The notes: generated from the letters alone by a model not told the origin. Positions 1 through 12,963 are shown, counted from the stretch's first letter. The stretch is 64,000 bases of DNA from Schmidtea polychroa (GCA_044892525.1 CM097885.1:140306001-140370000), one strand, 5' to 3'. Made by a program: numbers and translations.

Positions 1-256
1 TAGAGTGCTGGTCCTTACGAAAACGACGTTGGGTATCGGTAAAGAAGGTTCTTCCGGGCCATGATGGTGACAGATCGACGCAGATGATACGATCTTTTCT
101 TCAACACGATGATGTATGGGGAAAATATTCCCCTTGTCGAGAATCGGCAGTTCAGTGATCCGGCTTTTTAATTCCGCTTCAGAATAAACGCGGTGAGGGG
201 CCTCCGATTGAGCATTGATAGTCAGGCGTTGACATCTGCTTTCCTCGAACAAACTG

Positions 257-442
257 TCACGGCAGTGTTCCAACCGCAAGACCTTTCTGTTCGCTTCTTT
301 CATGCGTGGTGGGGAGAACCACGTATCTTCTAGAGCGTCGATGCGCTTCTTTAGTGTCATTTTGTTGCCTGATGACTACATTTTTGTCGGCGCACGAAAA
401 ACAAGGTTTCGGGCCGGATTTCGGAAGATTTGGCTCGGACAT
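257..442 (-). pseudogene. Truncated/frameshifted copy of the LTR-encoded CFSCxDKN ORF family
   Basis: MSEPNLPKSGPKPCFSCADKNVVIR aligns with MLPNAKSVLRPCFSCSDKNAII (48168) and MTRPNTPKSTVLPCFSCADKN (26376). A pyrimidine tract plus AG (ttttctctctag) lies 3 nt before the ATG. Confidence 0.75.
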
Positions 443-1977
443 AAGCTAGAGAGAAAAGGAGTTATACGATGATTAAATGAGAAATAGATGAAAACAAAGG
501 TGATATAATGTTAGGTTGGAACAAACAACACTCCGTACTGTCTGAAGAAGACACGCAATACCCGCTCTAAAGACTCTATTCGGGATTAAACTATGATTTA
601 CTTTCCGTTTTATAACTTACTCTTTACGGCTACACACCGAGCTATTGTGCCGAGACTTGATCGACATATCGAATTCGTTATTTGCATTTTTATGAAAACC
701 CTTTTCCTTAATTAGAATTAAAATATTTCTTGGGACTACCATCACAAACAGCGCTCCAATTTAGAGGGGCGACATTTATGTAATTTATCTTTGCAATTGT
801 TCATCCTGCTGTGATAACAAACAAACAAAAAAGAATATTTTTAATTTTTATCAATTTACGGGTTGATGAATATTAATTAACTTTGAATTATAATTAAGAG
901 TCGGCGTATATTGTCAAGGCGTTCGTCACTCTGTGTAAGAATCGGATTTGTTTATATAAGTGAAATAAATTTTGAACGGCGAAATTCTAAATTACGTACT
1001 TTGTCGAACAGGATTCCCGTTGAATGTTTATATCGTCTCGGAAATCTTACATCCTGTTTATGATCGTCTAGTGTAAGTAGATGACAAGAATTCAAGTCGG
1101 TAATTGGTTGTACGAGAGTGCTGTCTATTTCCTACATTAACCGGACGTGGAAACGAATAGCCGATGGTTTCGTAATAATGCTTAGATAAACACTGGTGAA
1201 GTTGGCCTCTGTTGTTTATCAAAAGTGATTCGCACTGTCGAACATTGGGTGGACGAATTAAGATATTGTTTATATGACCGTTATCCTCGTGCGGGTCTGT
1301 TAAACGCATGATTCTGAAGGAGTGTCTAATTAATTATCCGACGAATTCGGCTACTCGCGAGGGATCTAATGAAAATCTCCCAGTAAATCATTGCCACAAT
1401 ATAATCTCTACGCTAAAACATCTACAAAAGCAAATTTCACGATTCGAGTTTTCCCCGGCTGTCTCTATGGGTCTGCTGTTACGGAGAAAGAACTTTTAAG
1501 TCCTACGTAACAAGTAGTATTTAACGATTCGCCATCTTGTGGTGACGAGAAACGTGTGATAATGAAAATGAATTGGCCTAACCATTCACTAACGTGAATT
1601 TCATCGCTGGTCCGAGGCATTCCAAGGTCTGTCGTCTTTGCTTAAATAATGAAAACGAAAATATTTAATTCTCATTCTCATATATCACACTTCTCTGCAC
1701 TGTCCTATTCTCAACATCCCAATCTGCAAAAACAACTGGAGGCAATCAACCCTAAGGCCAACTGTACCCAATCATTCCCACAAACTGGTCCTGTTCATAT
1801 CGTGATTCAAAATAATACTTTATTAAATAATAATCGGAAATATTTAATATTTAATTTTCGAACAATGGTTCTTGGAATTATTAGAGATGGTCCTGTCGCC
1901 TATCTCCTCAAAACTGGCCTACCTAATTTCCTTCTCGTTACATCTATCGCACTCGTGGAGTCTGGCTCACTACTTGT

Positions 1978-3389
1978 TTGGATATTTCAATCGATGTTAA
2001 CCACTCTCTAAATCTCTCTCATGTACATGCACGAACTACCTCATACCTCATTCTACAGTGCCGTACCCTCAACCCGGCTTCGGTGTCGTCAAACTGTTTT
2101 CCTTTTAACGTAAAAAATACACGAATTGATGGAGGATTAATAACAGTAGAAAAGAACAAAAATATCTTAATGTTAGTCCCAGAAACATTTGCAGGCCTGT
2201 TAACAACAACCCTACATGAAGAACTATGTTGGAGTTAAGAAATTATTTCATTATATGAAAAAAATATTTTATTGGCCGAAAATGCAAGAGACAATCCAAC
2301 TCTGTTTACGATGTTGCGAGATCTGCGCTAAGAGAAAGATCTTTCAGACAAGAACCAAGGAAACATTTATTCCTAGATATAGCTCTGAATTCCTAGAACA
2401 GATTGTTATAGATGTGGCTTACATGGAAATAAACGCCATAAAAAATATATGGTAGTTATGAGGAAGTTTTATGATGAAGAAATTTTTAAATTGAAAATTT
2501 TAAAAATTAAATTTTAGATTAATTTTTAAAAAAAAATAAGATATTTTAATTAAAAATATCTTCGTAGAAAATTTGTTTAAATAAGAAAGTTTAAAGAAGA
2601 TATAATTTGATTTGATACTGATATTTACTGAAATAAAATTTATGGAAACAAAAACTGTTTTTAATGTTTTACAGGGTGAACCTCCTAATAGTAGTAATGG
2701 TGGACCGTTTTAGCAAACTGATTTCTTTAACTGCAATCACGAAGCAAGACGAAGGGACAATTTTCAAAACAATACTTAATAATTGGATCTATCGATTTGG
2801 AAAACCGTAGAGCATTTTTACAGATAGAGGCCGAAATTTCGAAGGGAATTTCCTAAGACAGAAGCTTCAGAAACTTGGAATCAAACAGGAATTCAGCTCA
2901 CCTTACCAGCATCAATCAAATGGTTTAGCCGAACGAGCCATACGAACGATAAGAGATCTTATTACAGCAACATTGGCAGGTGGATGTGAAGAGAGAAACT
3001 GGCACGAACTTCTACCCAGAATTGAGTTCACTATAAATAGCAGTCGACAAAGTGCTACATGTTTATCACCATTTGAGATAATCTATGGACGGAGTGTTAA
3101 CCTACACTCTAACCTGAAACAAGCCAAGATATCAAGAAGCGGAAGAATCGAAGACACGAGATTAAACTCAAGTAAAGCCGCAGACACTACGAGAGAGCAC
3201 TCGTGTTTTCGAGGTGGGGGAGGAGGTACTTGTACGTAAAGAGCCGCAGAACAGGCACAAGGATGGTATGCAATACGATGGCCATATAAAATCGCCAGAT
3301 TTCTATCACCTCATCGAGTCGAACTACATTCACAAGAAGGAACGAAAGAAAGAAGAATCGAGTGGCTGAAGAAGTGGAAAAATTCTTAA
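1978..3389 (+). pseudogene. Ty3/gypsy integrase relic (frameshifts, stops, one internal insertion)
   Basis: HEELC...CEIC zinc-binding motif, IVIDVAY...DRFSK core, SSPYQHQSNGLAER, ELLPRIEFTINSSRQSATCLSPFEIIYGR. A polypurine tract aagaaggggag ends at 3398, followed by an AGTTA LTR-like start at 3399. Confidence 0.9.
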
Positions 3390-3529
3390 GAAGGGGAGAG
3401 TTAGATATCTTTTTGTTTAAATAATTTGGAGTTGGCGGTTTTTGTAAAAAATAAAAATTGTTATTTATAAATTCTTTGATTAAATATATATTGTTGGTTT
3501 CAAGATTTTGATGCGAAATTTAAAGATGG

Positions 3530-3879
3530 NNNNNNNNNNNNNNNNNNNNNNNNNNNNNNNNNNNNNNNNNNNNNNNNNNNNNNNNNNNNNNNNNNNNNNN
3601 NNNNNNNNNNNNNNNNNNNNNNNNNNNNNNNNNNNNNNNNNNNNNNNNNNNNNNNNNNNNNNNNNNNNNNNNNNNNNNNNNNNNNNNNNNNNNNNNNNNN
3701 NNNNNNNNNNNNNNNNNNNNNNNNNNNNNNNNNNNNNNNNNNNNNNNNNNNNNNNNNNNNNNNNNNNNNNNNNNNNNNNNNNNNNNNNNNNNNNNNNNNN
3801 NNNNNNNNNNNNNNNNNNNNNNNNNNNNNNNNNNNNNNNNNNNNNNNNNNNNNNNNNNNNNNNNNNNNNNNNNNNNNNN
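3530..3879. other. Assembly gap (N run)
   Basis: Run of N; ORFs spanning it are artefacts. Confidence 1.
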
Positions 3880-4782
3880 GATTTTTTGTCATCACGTATT
3901 GCACGTGGAAAAGAATTATTTTTTTATTAAAAAAACTATATAGCGGTAATTTATCATAGAAAATTATCGCTATGGAAAATTAAAAAAAATTCATTAAATA
4001 AATAATTGTTTTTTGAATAACTTAAAAATATAATTTCATATAATTGTATAAGAATCTCTGACTTAGGTTTGGAAACCCGGTACGGATACTTAACAAAATC
4101 AATTGGAATAAATCTCGTTAAAATTCAAAATTTCGAATCTCAGAATAAATACATCGGTCGAATCTGGTTGTGTAATTAATATGAAAGAAATTCAATTTGG
4201 TAGTAACCAGAAATTAACGAAGGATACAAAATACAAATTGAAAGGAATTCTATTTGATAGTTACAAAGAAATTAACGAAGGTTCTTGATTTGATTATTTT
4301 AATAATAAAAGTTTAAAGTTAAAAAAAAACAGTTATTGTTTGTTACTTTTTATTTTTATCATTATTTTTTATTTATATCTATTACATTACACACATTCAC
4401 CCCAGCTATCCCGAGACAGTTTATTTACTGGAGACTCGACTGGATTCTACAATATTCCTTATATAGTACGATTTATAATAGCACTGGAAATAACCTACCA
4501 AACAAAATTGATGTCAGAAGACAAAAAAAACAATGACACACACGCATTCTGTTCGCATATGTTCTTTCAATCACGAAACCTTTCAGTATAGTTATTATAA
4601 AACTATAAAGGCTAGTGACACTGTTGGGCGAACACAGTAGGCCATATCCTTCAGATAAACTATTATAATTTTTTAACACAACAACAAAACAATAAATGGC
4701 AACCAATCAAACAAACCCGACAAACACTACACAGATACCTAACATTTACGAAAACACTCATACACCAGAAAACATAAACTAT

Positions 4783-5900
4783 TGTTGGGGTAGAACTGAT
4801 TTCTAGAACCAAAACTTTATTTTGTGACTAAAACGTGTGGGTACATAACACGAATACCTAGCAATAAGTTTAGTTAAATATAAAGATAAAAACATCAACT
4901 AAACAATATTAATTAAAAGAAAAAACAACAAAAAATAAAAACACTGAAATTAAATAAAATCTCACAAATGCAAGAAGTATTGCAAGAAAATTAACTCAAA
5001 TCCAACAGAGATACATAAAATTACAAAAAACAGACTCGAATGACATCGAAAGATAGTAAAATGTTAAATTCTAGATGAAATTCCAGAACCGTTCATAAAA
5101 TGCCAACATCCACCATAAAAGCCATGTAGATCAACAAAAATTAATAAAAATAAACCAATTAGTTTTAGAAAATAAAAATTATGGCCCTAAAATTGCCATT
5201 AAAATCATCAAAAATAGAAAATAGAAAATTCTAAAATAAAAAGAATTCGAGTTTGTTTTAATGTATCAATACATACACGTGTACTTGCACACACAAAAAT
5301 AGATACCAGCGCATTTTAATCACAAAACACTTTTTATGCCAATTTTGCTTTTGTTGAAATTTTGATTACCGATTTTATTGGAAAGTAAGAATGATATATT
5401 GTTCATTATATTATTAACGATGACTTTTATATTTTTTTTTAATTTTTGTTGGTATGTAAGAGGGGTTAAAATCGAATTGATTGATCTTCGATTTTGATTC
5501 GTCTTGCATCCAAGTTATTAAAATTCAACGTCACTGAGCACGCAGCCTTGACGTATGCAGGCCACTGCCTGGCACGCACCTCTTTATTATACGTCGTTGG
5601 AGGTCGTACCGACTCGGTGGTATAGACCACTGGGTTCGTCGATGAATTACCTCTGGTACGGCGGATTTCTTAGAACTCGTTATCGATACTATATTACGGT
5701 AGTATATTACCGATGTATACACACATTAGGGCTTGTCGTAGTGAGCACAGTGAGGCCACGAAACAAGCAACTTTCTTTAGATCGACTTTGTTTTCATGCA
5801 TAAAATACATATAACGTACACACTAAAAATCAGCACGAATACAGTACCCTAGGTATGATAAACGGAGTAAAGCTCCAGACTCAATTAATCACAATGTCGG
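4783..5900 (+). mobile_element. 5' part of a long LTR-like repeat (subfamily 2), starting TGTTGGGG
   Basis: Homologous in reverse orientation to 36700-38136: tgttggggtagaactgatttctag vs tgttgggctagaactgacttctgg; a shared aaagaattcgagtttgttttaatg.atcaatacatacacgtgtac block; a shared structured motif. Homology begins at TGTTGGG. The right boundary is approximate. Confidence 0.65.
5597..5768 (+). ncRNA. Conserved structured cis-RNA candidate (motif 2)
   Basis: Nested stems with compensatory changes relative to the copy at 37013-37170, e.g. ggtggt/accact vs catggt/accatg, tggagg/cctctg vs cggagg/cctccg, and gcttg/caagc in both. Confidence 0.5.
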
Positions 5901-6229
5901 ACACAAATTGTAGTTGGCTAAACATAAATTACAAAAGATATCAATTTATGCACGGAACTTCCATTACGCCTATGTATTTCGGAGTGAGAATTGGAAGTTA
6001 AAATAAAGTGGAATGAACCGCCAATGATTACCATGACAATTTCAAGGTTCAGAAATAATGAATAAATGATCACAGAAAGGACAAATGGTATACACGAAAA
6101 TTGCGTCAGAAGAAAACAATTTTAGCTTGGAACCCTTCGAAATGCATATGCGTAATTCAGGAATTCACAATTCATTTAATTAACTAAATATCAATTTGCC
6201 GATTTTAAAATTAATCAAATTTATAGCAG

Positions 6230-7950
6230 TGAACCTTTTCTTAAATTATAAATCGGATACTGATAAATTCTAAACTCAGCAATAATTTTATATCTAACTT
6301 CATAAATAACGATTTATTTATAATCTTTTCTAATAATTATATATGATAATTTTATATCTACTATGTTTAACATTTCTTATAATTATATATAACAATTTTA
6401 TAGTTAGCTTTATTCATAACCCCACTTATAATTATATATGATTATATTACCATACCCATAAGTTTAGAACCTATAAATATCATATTAGGGTTACTTCTAA
6501 CTTCATTATATTATACTTATTGAAATATCTTATAATGCCAAAAAATTCATCCATAATCCTTATAAAAATTTAATGATTTTATCATATAAATATTCATAAA
6601 AATTTATGCTCCATATAACTTCGTTTTAACTTATAATATGTATCGGTATTGAATTCATAAATTGGTACTCTAAAATTTTATAAATCCCTCTGCAACGACC
6701 TACACTTACACTCTCATATTAACATCGTCTATGTATATTACCTATGAGCAAAAATTTATAAATTAGCTCTTATGGATAGGACATCTATTTGTATATATAT
6801 ATATATATTACTTATGAATTTATAAATTAAAGTTCTATAGACCACCCCGATAATGTCTTATTTGAATATACTAATATTACTTATAGACACTACTTATAAA
6901 TATATACTTCTTATAAATTTTATACATTCTAATTTTATAAATCCCCCCCCCACAACTACTTATGTATAGTTATTCATAATAATATTACTTATATATACTA
7001 ATGATAAAATTTATGAACTATAATTTTACAAATTAAGCCCTTATAATATCCTACATATAAATATTCGTATTAATATTATCTCTATATATTGTACTTTTAA
7101 ATATATTTACAAATTAACCCCTATAGTACCTTACATATAACTATTCGTATAAGTACTAATTATATATACTACTCACAAATATATACTTCTTATAAAAAAT
7201 TTATAGATTATAATTTTATGAATCACCCCCCCCCATAACTGCTTATATATAGCTATTCATAGTAAGACTACTTATATACACTACTTATAAAAATTATAAA
7301 TTATAATAATTACCGATCACCCCCCCCCCTATAACAACTTATACATCTCCACCTACAATAATACTACTTATATATATTACTTATAAATAGGAAACATAAA
7401 AATTTTAAACTACCCCCTAGAACCAGGTATATCGAAGATTATACTAACACTACTTATCTTATATCCATCATTTATAATTAGAAATTTCTTAATCTTAGAT
7501 CTTATAAATCATCCCCCTATAGCAGTGGTTCTCAAACTTTTTTGATCACGACCCAAATTTTTGACATTTCATGCCAAAAATTTTATTGCGACCCACATGA
7601 CAAAGATTAATTTTAAAATAAATGTTTATTTAATGAGAATAACTCTATTTAACTCTAGTTATTCTAGTCATCGCGACCCACCAAAAATTCTTTCGCGACC
7701 CATAGTTTGAGAAACACTGCCCTATAGCCCAGTGATATCTATAATCATACTATTATTTCAATATATTATTTATGAATAAAAGAATGTACAATTTAAAATT
7801 TTATAATTCACCCTTAAAGTATGCTGTATACCTATATTTCCATTAACACTACCATATACTACTTACAAATAAAAGAATTTATAGTTTGAAGTTTTATAAA
7901 TCCACCCCCCCCCCTTTTTTTATAGTTTTATATGTCTATAATTATCGTAA
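6230..7950. repeat. Degenerate AT-rich satellite-like repeat
   Basis: Recurrent units containing a C-run followed by a(t/c)aact(a/g)cttat(a/g)tatag.tattcata and ttataaattt (e.g. ~6940, ~7225, ~7320). Boundaries are approximate. Confidence 0.55.
7523..7719. mobile_element. hAT-family MITE (197 bp)
   Basis: TIRs CAGTGGTTCTCAAAC / GTTTGAGAAACACTG with an 8-bp TSD CCCTATAG on both sides. The reverse-complement copy is at 16779-16975. Confidence 0.95.
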
Positions 7951-9500
7951 TACTAATGATGTACCCCACTTAGAAAAACCCAATTTGAAATCTGAAAATG
8001 TATTTGAATTTATGGTCATGTTTCCACCATTTTCGGTATAGTTATGATAAATATTACCTACATGCAGGCCCTAGGAGAGGCGGGCCAGGAGGGGCCACTG
8101 GCCCCAAATCTTCAAAATTTTATTTGAAGAAAATTTTTGGAAACAAAAATTAATTTTTAAAAATTCAACAATTTGAAAATGGACTAATGATATAACTTCT
8201 TTGCTCTTATATATCAATCTAACATGTTTTTAAATAAATAAGATTGATCTAAGATTAGGAATTCGTCATTTAAAATTGCTTGGTCGTTATTAAAATCCAC
8301 GAATAAGATTTTTAAAAATATCCGTTTATTAATGATATGATATTGGGGCCCCTAATTAAAACCCAACTAGCGTGGAATTCGAAAGAATATTTTAAATTTC
8401 ATTAAAATTTCTCATTGAAGCTTTAGAACCTCAACAGTATTACTTTATTTAAATGTTTTGATTTACTTTTGTTTTTTATTTCTGAGTTTTTGATACTTCT
8501 TTGTTATATGGTCTTACTCTGACAGAAGCTGACAACGGTTCTATTTAATTAATTTATTTTTATTGAAATTTTAATTTAATTCCTATCTAGTCTAACAATA
8601 TATAATTTTTAAATTTTGTTTTTATTCATCGCCATGGATTTAAATTTGTCTTAATCGTGTTATTTCTTTCTGATTTTCAATTTTGGTGTTGTGTTTATTT
8701 ACCTAATTTTTGCTGTTATTTCGTGTTTCATTTAAACTCGGCTTACAGTTATATTTTCATGCTATTTTCAATCAGGCTTTTCCATTAATTTAGGGCGAAG
8801 TTCTGTTTTTCCCCAACATTCCTGAATAAATTTTCGAAAGTAATTGCATTACCCTAAAAACTCATCAGATGTTTTACATTAATACGCTTTCATTTTTTAA
8901 CTGTTTCTATTTATTAATTATTCGATCCAAAAACTTCAATCCAGATACTACAAACTTGCATTTCTCATGATTAATTTTAAGTTCAGATTTGTTAATTCGA
9001 AGAAAATGTTTATTAATTCTTTTCTTGAGTTTCTCAATCGACATTGAAATATTAGGATAATAATTAATGGCATAACATGGAGAAAATTATAAAATCCAAT
9101 AGTACATAACAAGCATAAAACTAACAATATCAATTCATGTTACAGATTCCATTTTGGCACCACGGGTCATTTAATCCCTACCAAACCATGTTTAATTTGA
9201 CAACCTGAGATGGATTCAAATTGTTATAGCTTCAATCTACCCACCGGGAAAATACATAGTATTTCGATAATTTTGAGTGCAATGAAATTGATTAAAATAA
9301 CTTACATCAGAAAAACATTTACGACATGAAACAAATCGAAAAAAATCACATAAAAATAAAGCGCAAACTATATTTAACAGTCAAATGGATCTATCAACCG
9401 ATGTAAATAAAATATAAAACTAGTTAGAAAGAAACTGTAAAATATCCAAAATATAAAAATTCATTTATTATGATAAAGTTTTTGTCCAAAATCAATTTTA

Positions 9501-10678
9501 TTATTCTTGAACAAAATGCCATTTTTCCACTGTAATGAAACATTAAATTTACCAATTACAGGAGCTAACTAAATTACCACTAGAATCGATTGTCGTTTCA
9601 GCTGCTTTAAGGGGTAAGGCAGCATTAGCGATAGCTGTAACTTCATCACTGGTGATTCGGAAACGACTCCCTCCAACAGTCAAATTTTCACTAATGTGGA
9701 AATAAAACAAATTATAGATAAAAAATAAAACCATTTGCAATCCTCAGCATTTATTTTACCCCCAACTAACTTTTGCCAGCTTTCATTGGTCTCTTTGATA
9801 ATTCTCTTAGCAAATTCCTTTAAAATAGTTATTTAATTAGAATTTTAAATAACTAATTCGTATTTAAAGCATAACCAAAATATTGGGAAAATTATTCAAA
9901 CCTTATTTTTAAATTCTCCATTAAAAGCAAATGCATTTGGAGGTTTATCTTGAGGAACTTTGTAAAGCTTGAACCAACGTCTAGTATCCTACAAATATAT
10001 AATAATTAAATATACACTAACTTAAAATTCTACATTCAATAATCCAGGCATGTATTTTTCCACATCAGATATGTCTAGTCAAGATTATTAATGTAGTAAC
10101 TTCAACAATATTACCATTTAATTTTGGTTCTAAAGAATCTCCTTTAGCAATAGCGATTACTTTCCAATCAGTTTCACCTTCATCAATCATTGCCAAAATA
10201 CCCAACACTTTAACAGGTATTACCGATCCCCTTGGGAAGATCTTTTGACCAATTTCACAAATATCTAAAGGATCATTATCTCCTTTTGCTTTTGTATCCG
10301 GATCAACATGATTTGGATCTTCCCATGTTTGTGGAATTGCTCCATAATTCCAAATATAACCTTTATAAGGATAAACATTGTCGACGTATCTAAGCTTTCC
10401 TTTCTTTATATCTTGTTTAATTGGATTTAATTTTAATTGTTTAGAGATCTCAAATTTCGCATTGGTCCACCTTGGTATTTCTACAACCATGTTAACATAA
10501 ACTTCTTCATGATCATTAAAAAGAGGTATATCATGCCAGGAAGAAATAGCAGAAGAATCTTGACCTAAATTTAAAAATTAAATTTTAAAAAATGAGGAAT
10601 AATTTTAATTTTACCTAAAAAGAGACCATATGTACTAGATAACTTTGTTCCAAATTCAGCAATGTTATATTTCGCCAT
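9501..10678 (-). CDS. PPA1: Soluble inorganic pyrophosphatase (family I), 7 exons, 289 aa
   Basis: Motifs [50 protein letters not shown]. Exons 10678-10615, 10564-10115, 10074-10034, 9988-9902, 9817-9732, 9690-9578 and 9529-9501 join in frame through GT-AG introns (870 nt in total). Confidence 0.96.
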
Positions 10679-11168
10679 TTGATAAGTCTTAATTTAAATA
10701 AGTTCTAAAATTAAAACAAAATGCTCTAAATTAAATAAGTAATTAATAGGTAGCTAAATAAGTAACTTATTTAATTTAAAATTAAATCTAGTAAAATATT
10801 ATTTATATTACTTTTATGTAAATTTATTTATAATAAATAACTTTCAATATCTCATAATAATATACTTAATAATATACTCAGGTTTTTGGACTAAAACTAA
10901 CAATCACTTATTTTTTGTTTAACACAGCAATGGGGAACTGTAGAAAGTGAAAATCACAAGGTAAACATCAGTTAAACCAGTACACATATAAACCTGCAAT
11001 AAAATAAAAGCAAGAACAAAAAATTAATACAACTCGAAGAAGAGAAAATATAGCAATTTTTGAATATAATGGTGGGTTACAGGTAATCAAACATTTTAGA
11101 TCGCCTTTCGGGGCATCCTCCTTTCTGGGTGAAATGGTGGTTGGTCCTCGTGGTCTGTTGGCACGGTT

Positions 11169-11777
11169 TCATGGGTGATCCAGGCCACGCTGTATGGCTG
11201 CGATTCGATCGGTGCTGCAAAGTAGCCGGGTAGTTCCGTCGACATCTTCGAGTTCGCCTGACAAGATTTCGCCTTCTATCGAGCGCAATCGTCCTATTGC
11301 CGCCGCCACGTATTCCAGGGCCCATATCTGAGCTTGCTTGGTGTAATTGACATAGGGTTTGATTTTGGGTTGTACGGGTACGATGTCCCCGTACATCCAT
11401 TCGTGGATCCTGTACCAAATCCACCTTGTACGGAGACGAGTGATGGATTCGTTTTCCTCGGAGACGACTTGATTTCCATTTTCCACTGGGAGTCCCTCCT
11501 GGTCGAACTTTGCCGTCGAGGTACTGGCCTGAAAAGTGGCATGCCGTGTTTGAGACATTCCTACCTCTATTTGATTCAACAATATATCTATTATCACTAT
11601 ATCTGTTCCTATCAAAATTATTTCTTGTGTTAAAGTTATCCCCATTATTTCGATTAAAATTGTTCCCTTTATTGAAACTATCTCGATAAATTTTATCAAG
11701 AAACAACGAACACCAATCGAGAAAATATCGTAGGCAATATGGACGAATTTGAAGCGTTGATAATTATCAAAAAACAC
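11169..11777 (-). CDS. Unknown protein of the ITRLRTRxIWYxIHxW family (probable start MSQTRH near 11550)
   Basis: ESITRLRTRWIWYRIHEW matches WTITRLRTRYIWYHIHRW in ORF 29692-30192. The region is GC-richer than its flanks. Confidence 0.55.
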   Translation of the reverse strand: MFFDNYQRFKFVHIAYDIFSIGVRCFLIKFIEIVSIKGTILIEIMGITLTQEIILIGTDIVIIDILLNQIEVGMSQTRHATFQASTSTAKFDQEGLPVENGNQVVSEENESITRLRTRWIWYRIHEWMYGDIVPVQPKIKPYVNYTKQAQIWALEYVAAAIGRLRSIEGEILSGELEDVDGTTRLLCSTDRIAAIQRGLDHP

Positions 11778-12350
11778 TTATACGGGAAAATAATAGTCGG
11801 ATGCGACATAATGAAAAAATTAAAAAGTATAACAATTGATCTAGATGATATAATGGGAGTAAGGGAATTATCTAACCTTGAATATATGAGGACATTTGTA
11901 ACTAACGTTCCAGAAGATAAAATCAAACTATCAAACTTAGCATTTCAAATAATCAAACACACAAATGATTTAAAGAGAAACAGAAAACTACAAGACATTT
12001 TACTCAAACCAGAACCTTTTAATGTAGAAGATACATGCCTGATGGTACGAATACTATACTTTTTAACAGAAACTGAATGGGAACATGCAATAACAAGAGA
12101 AATGGAAAAAATAATGAAATTCCCAAGGAAAGAAGAATCACGACAAATTATGGAAAACAACAACCAAATAGACAACATGGAAACAGATGAAGTAATAGAT
12201 ATGGAAGAATTAGGACCAGAACCTACAATATCTATAGAAGATATTCAAGAAGAATATATCACAATAACATATGATGAAAATATCGAGAAAACAACAATAA
12301 CAAAAAATGGAAAAAAAAATAGAAATTTACCTTGTGAAGAAAGGTTATGA
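11739..12350 (+). CDS. Orphan 203-aa ORF
   Basis: Uninterrupted ORF with a globular-looking N-terminus and acidic tail, and an acceptor-like tatcgtag just before the ATG. No family recognised. Confidence 0.4.
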   Translation: MDEFEALIIIKKHLYGKIIVGCDIMKKLKSITIDLDDIMGVRELSNLEYMRTFVTNVPEDKIKLSNLAFQIIKHTNDLKRNRKLQDILLKPEPFNVEDTCLMVRILYFLTETEWEHAITREMEKIMKFPRKEESRQIMENNNQIDNMETDEVIDMEELGPEPTISIEDIQEEYITITYDENIEKTTITKNGKKNRNLPCEERL

Positions 12351-12826
12351 GGACATAAACTTAACGCCCCAGGGAGTAATGTTAGAAGATGGGAGAATCC
12401 TAAAAATTTTAAAATTAAAATATTATACAATAGGGGCAGATAGATATAGAATAAATATACATATTCAGAAATAAGTTAATGAAAATTGATTTGAATACAA
12501 GATAACTATGATGATGACAATTTGGTGATCTATCGACAATTATGACTATATTGATTAGATTATTTTATTTTGATTATGACAATTATAAATACATCGATCG
12601 TTTTTATTTTTATGGTGATGTGAATTTTTAAATAGCAATTAATTAAGGGATTATGCAAAGAAACTATGTTTATTTGCATAGCCCCTTAATAAGGGTAGTT
12701 ATAGATTGACAATGTATTTTTCACCTTTGATCTTTTGTTATTTTTGTCAGGGATGCTGCATTTGAAAATTAATAAAAGTTAAATTTAATAAACAAATAAA
12801 CAACTGTAGCACAGTGTTGAGGTTGA

Positions 12827-12963
12827 NNNNNNNNNNNNNNNNNNNNNNNNNNNNNNNNNNNNNNNNNNNNNNNNNNNNNNNNNNNNNNNNNNNNNNNNNN
12901 NNNNNNNNNNNNNNNNNNNNNNNNNNNNNNNNNNNNNNNNNNNNNNNNNNNNNNNNNNNNNNN
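12827..12963. other. Assembly gap (N run)
   Basis: Run of N. Confidence 1.

Noticed and set aside
3500-3930. ORFs spanning N runs (also 12785-13045 and 30983-31399)
   Set aside because: Artefacts of assembly gaps.
8065-8370. GC-rich ends (caggccctagg...ggggcccc) resembling a MITE
   Set aside because: Matching TIRs and a TSD could not be defined.
8948-9133. Small hydrophobic ORF next to the PPase gene
   Set aside because: No recognisable motif or consistent exon chain; AT-rich chance ORF.
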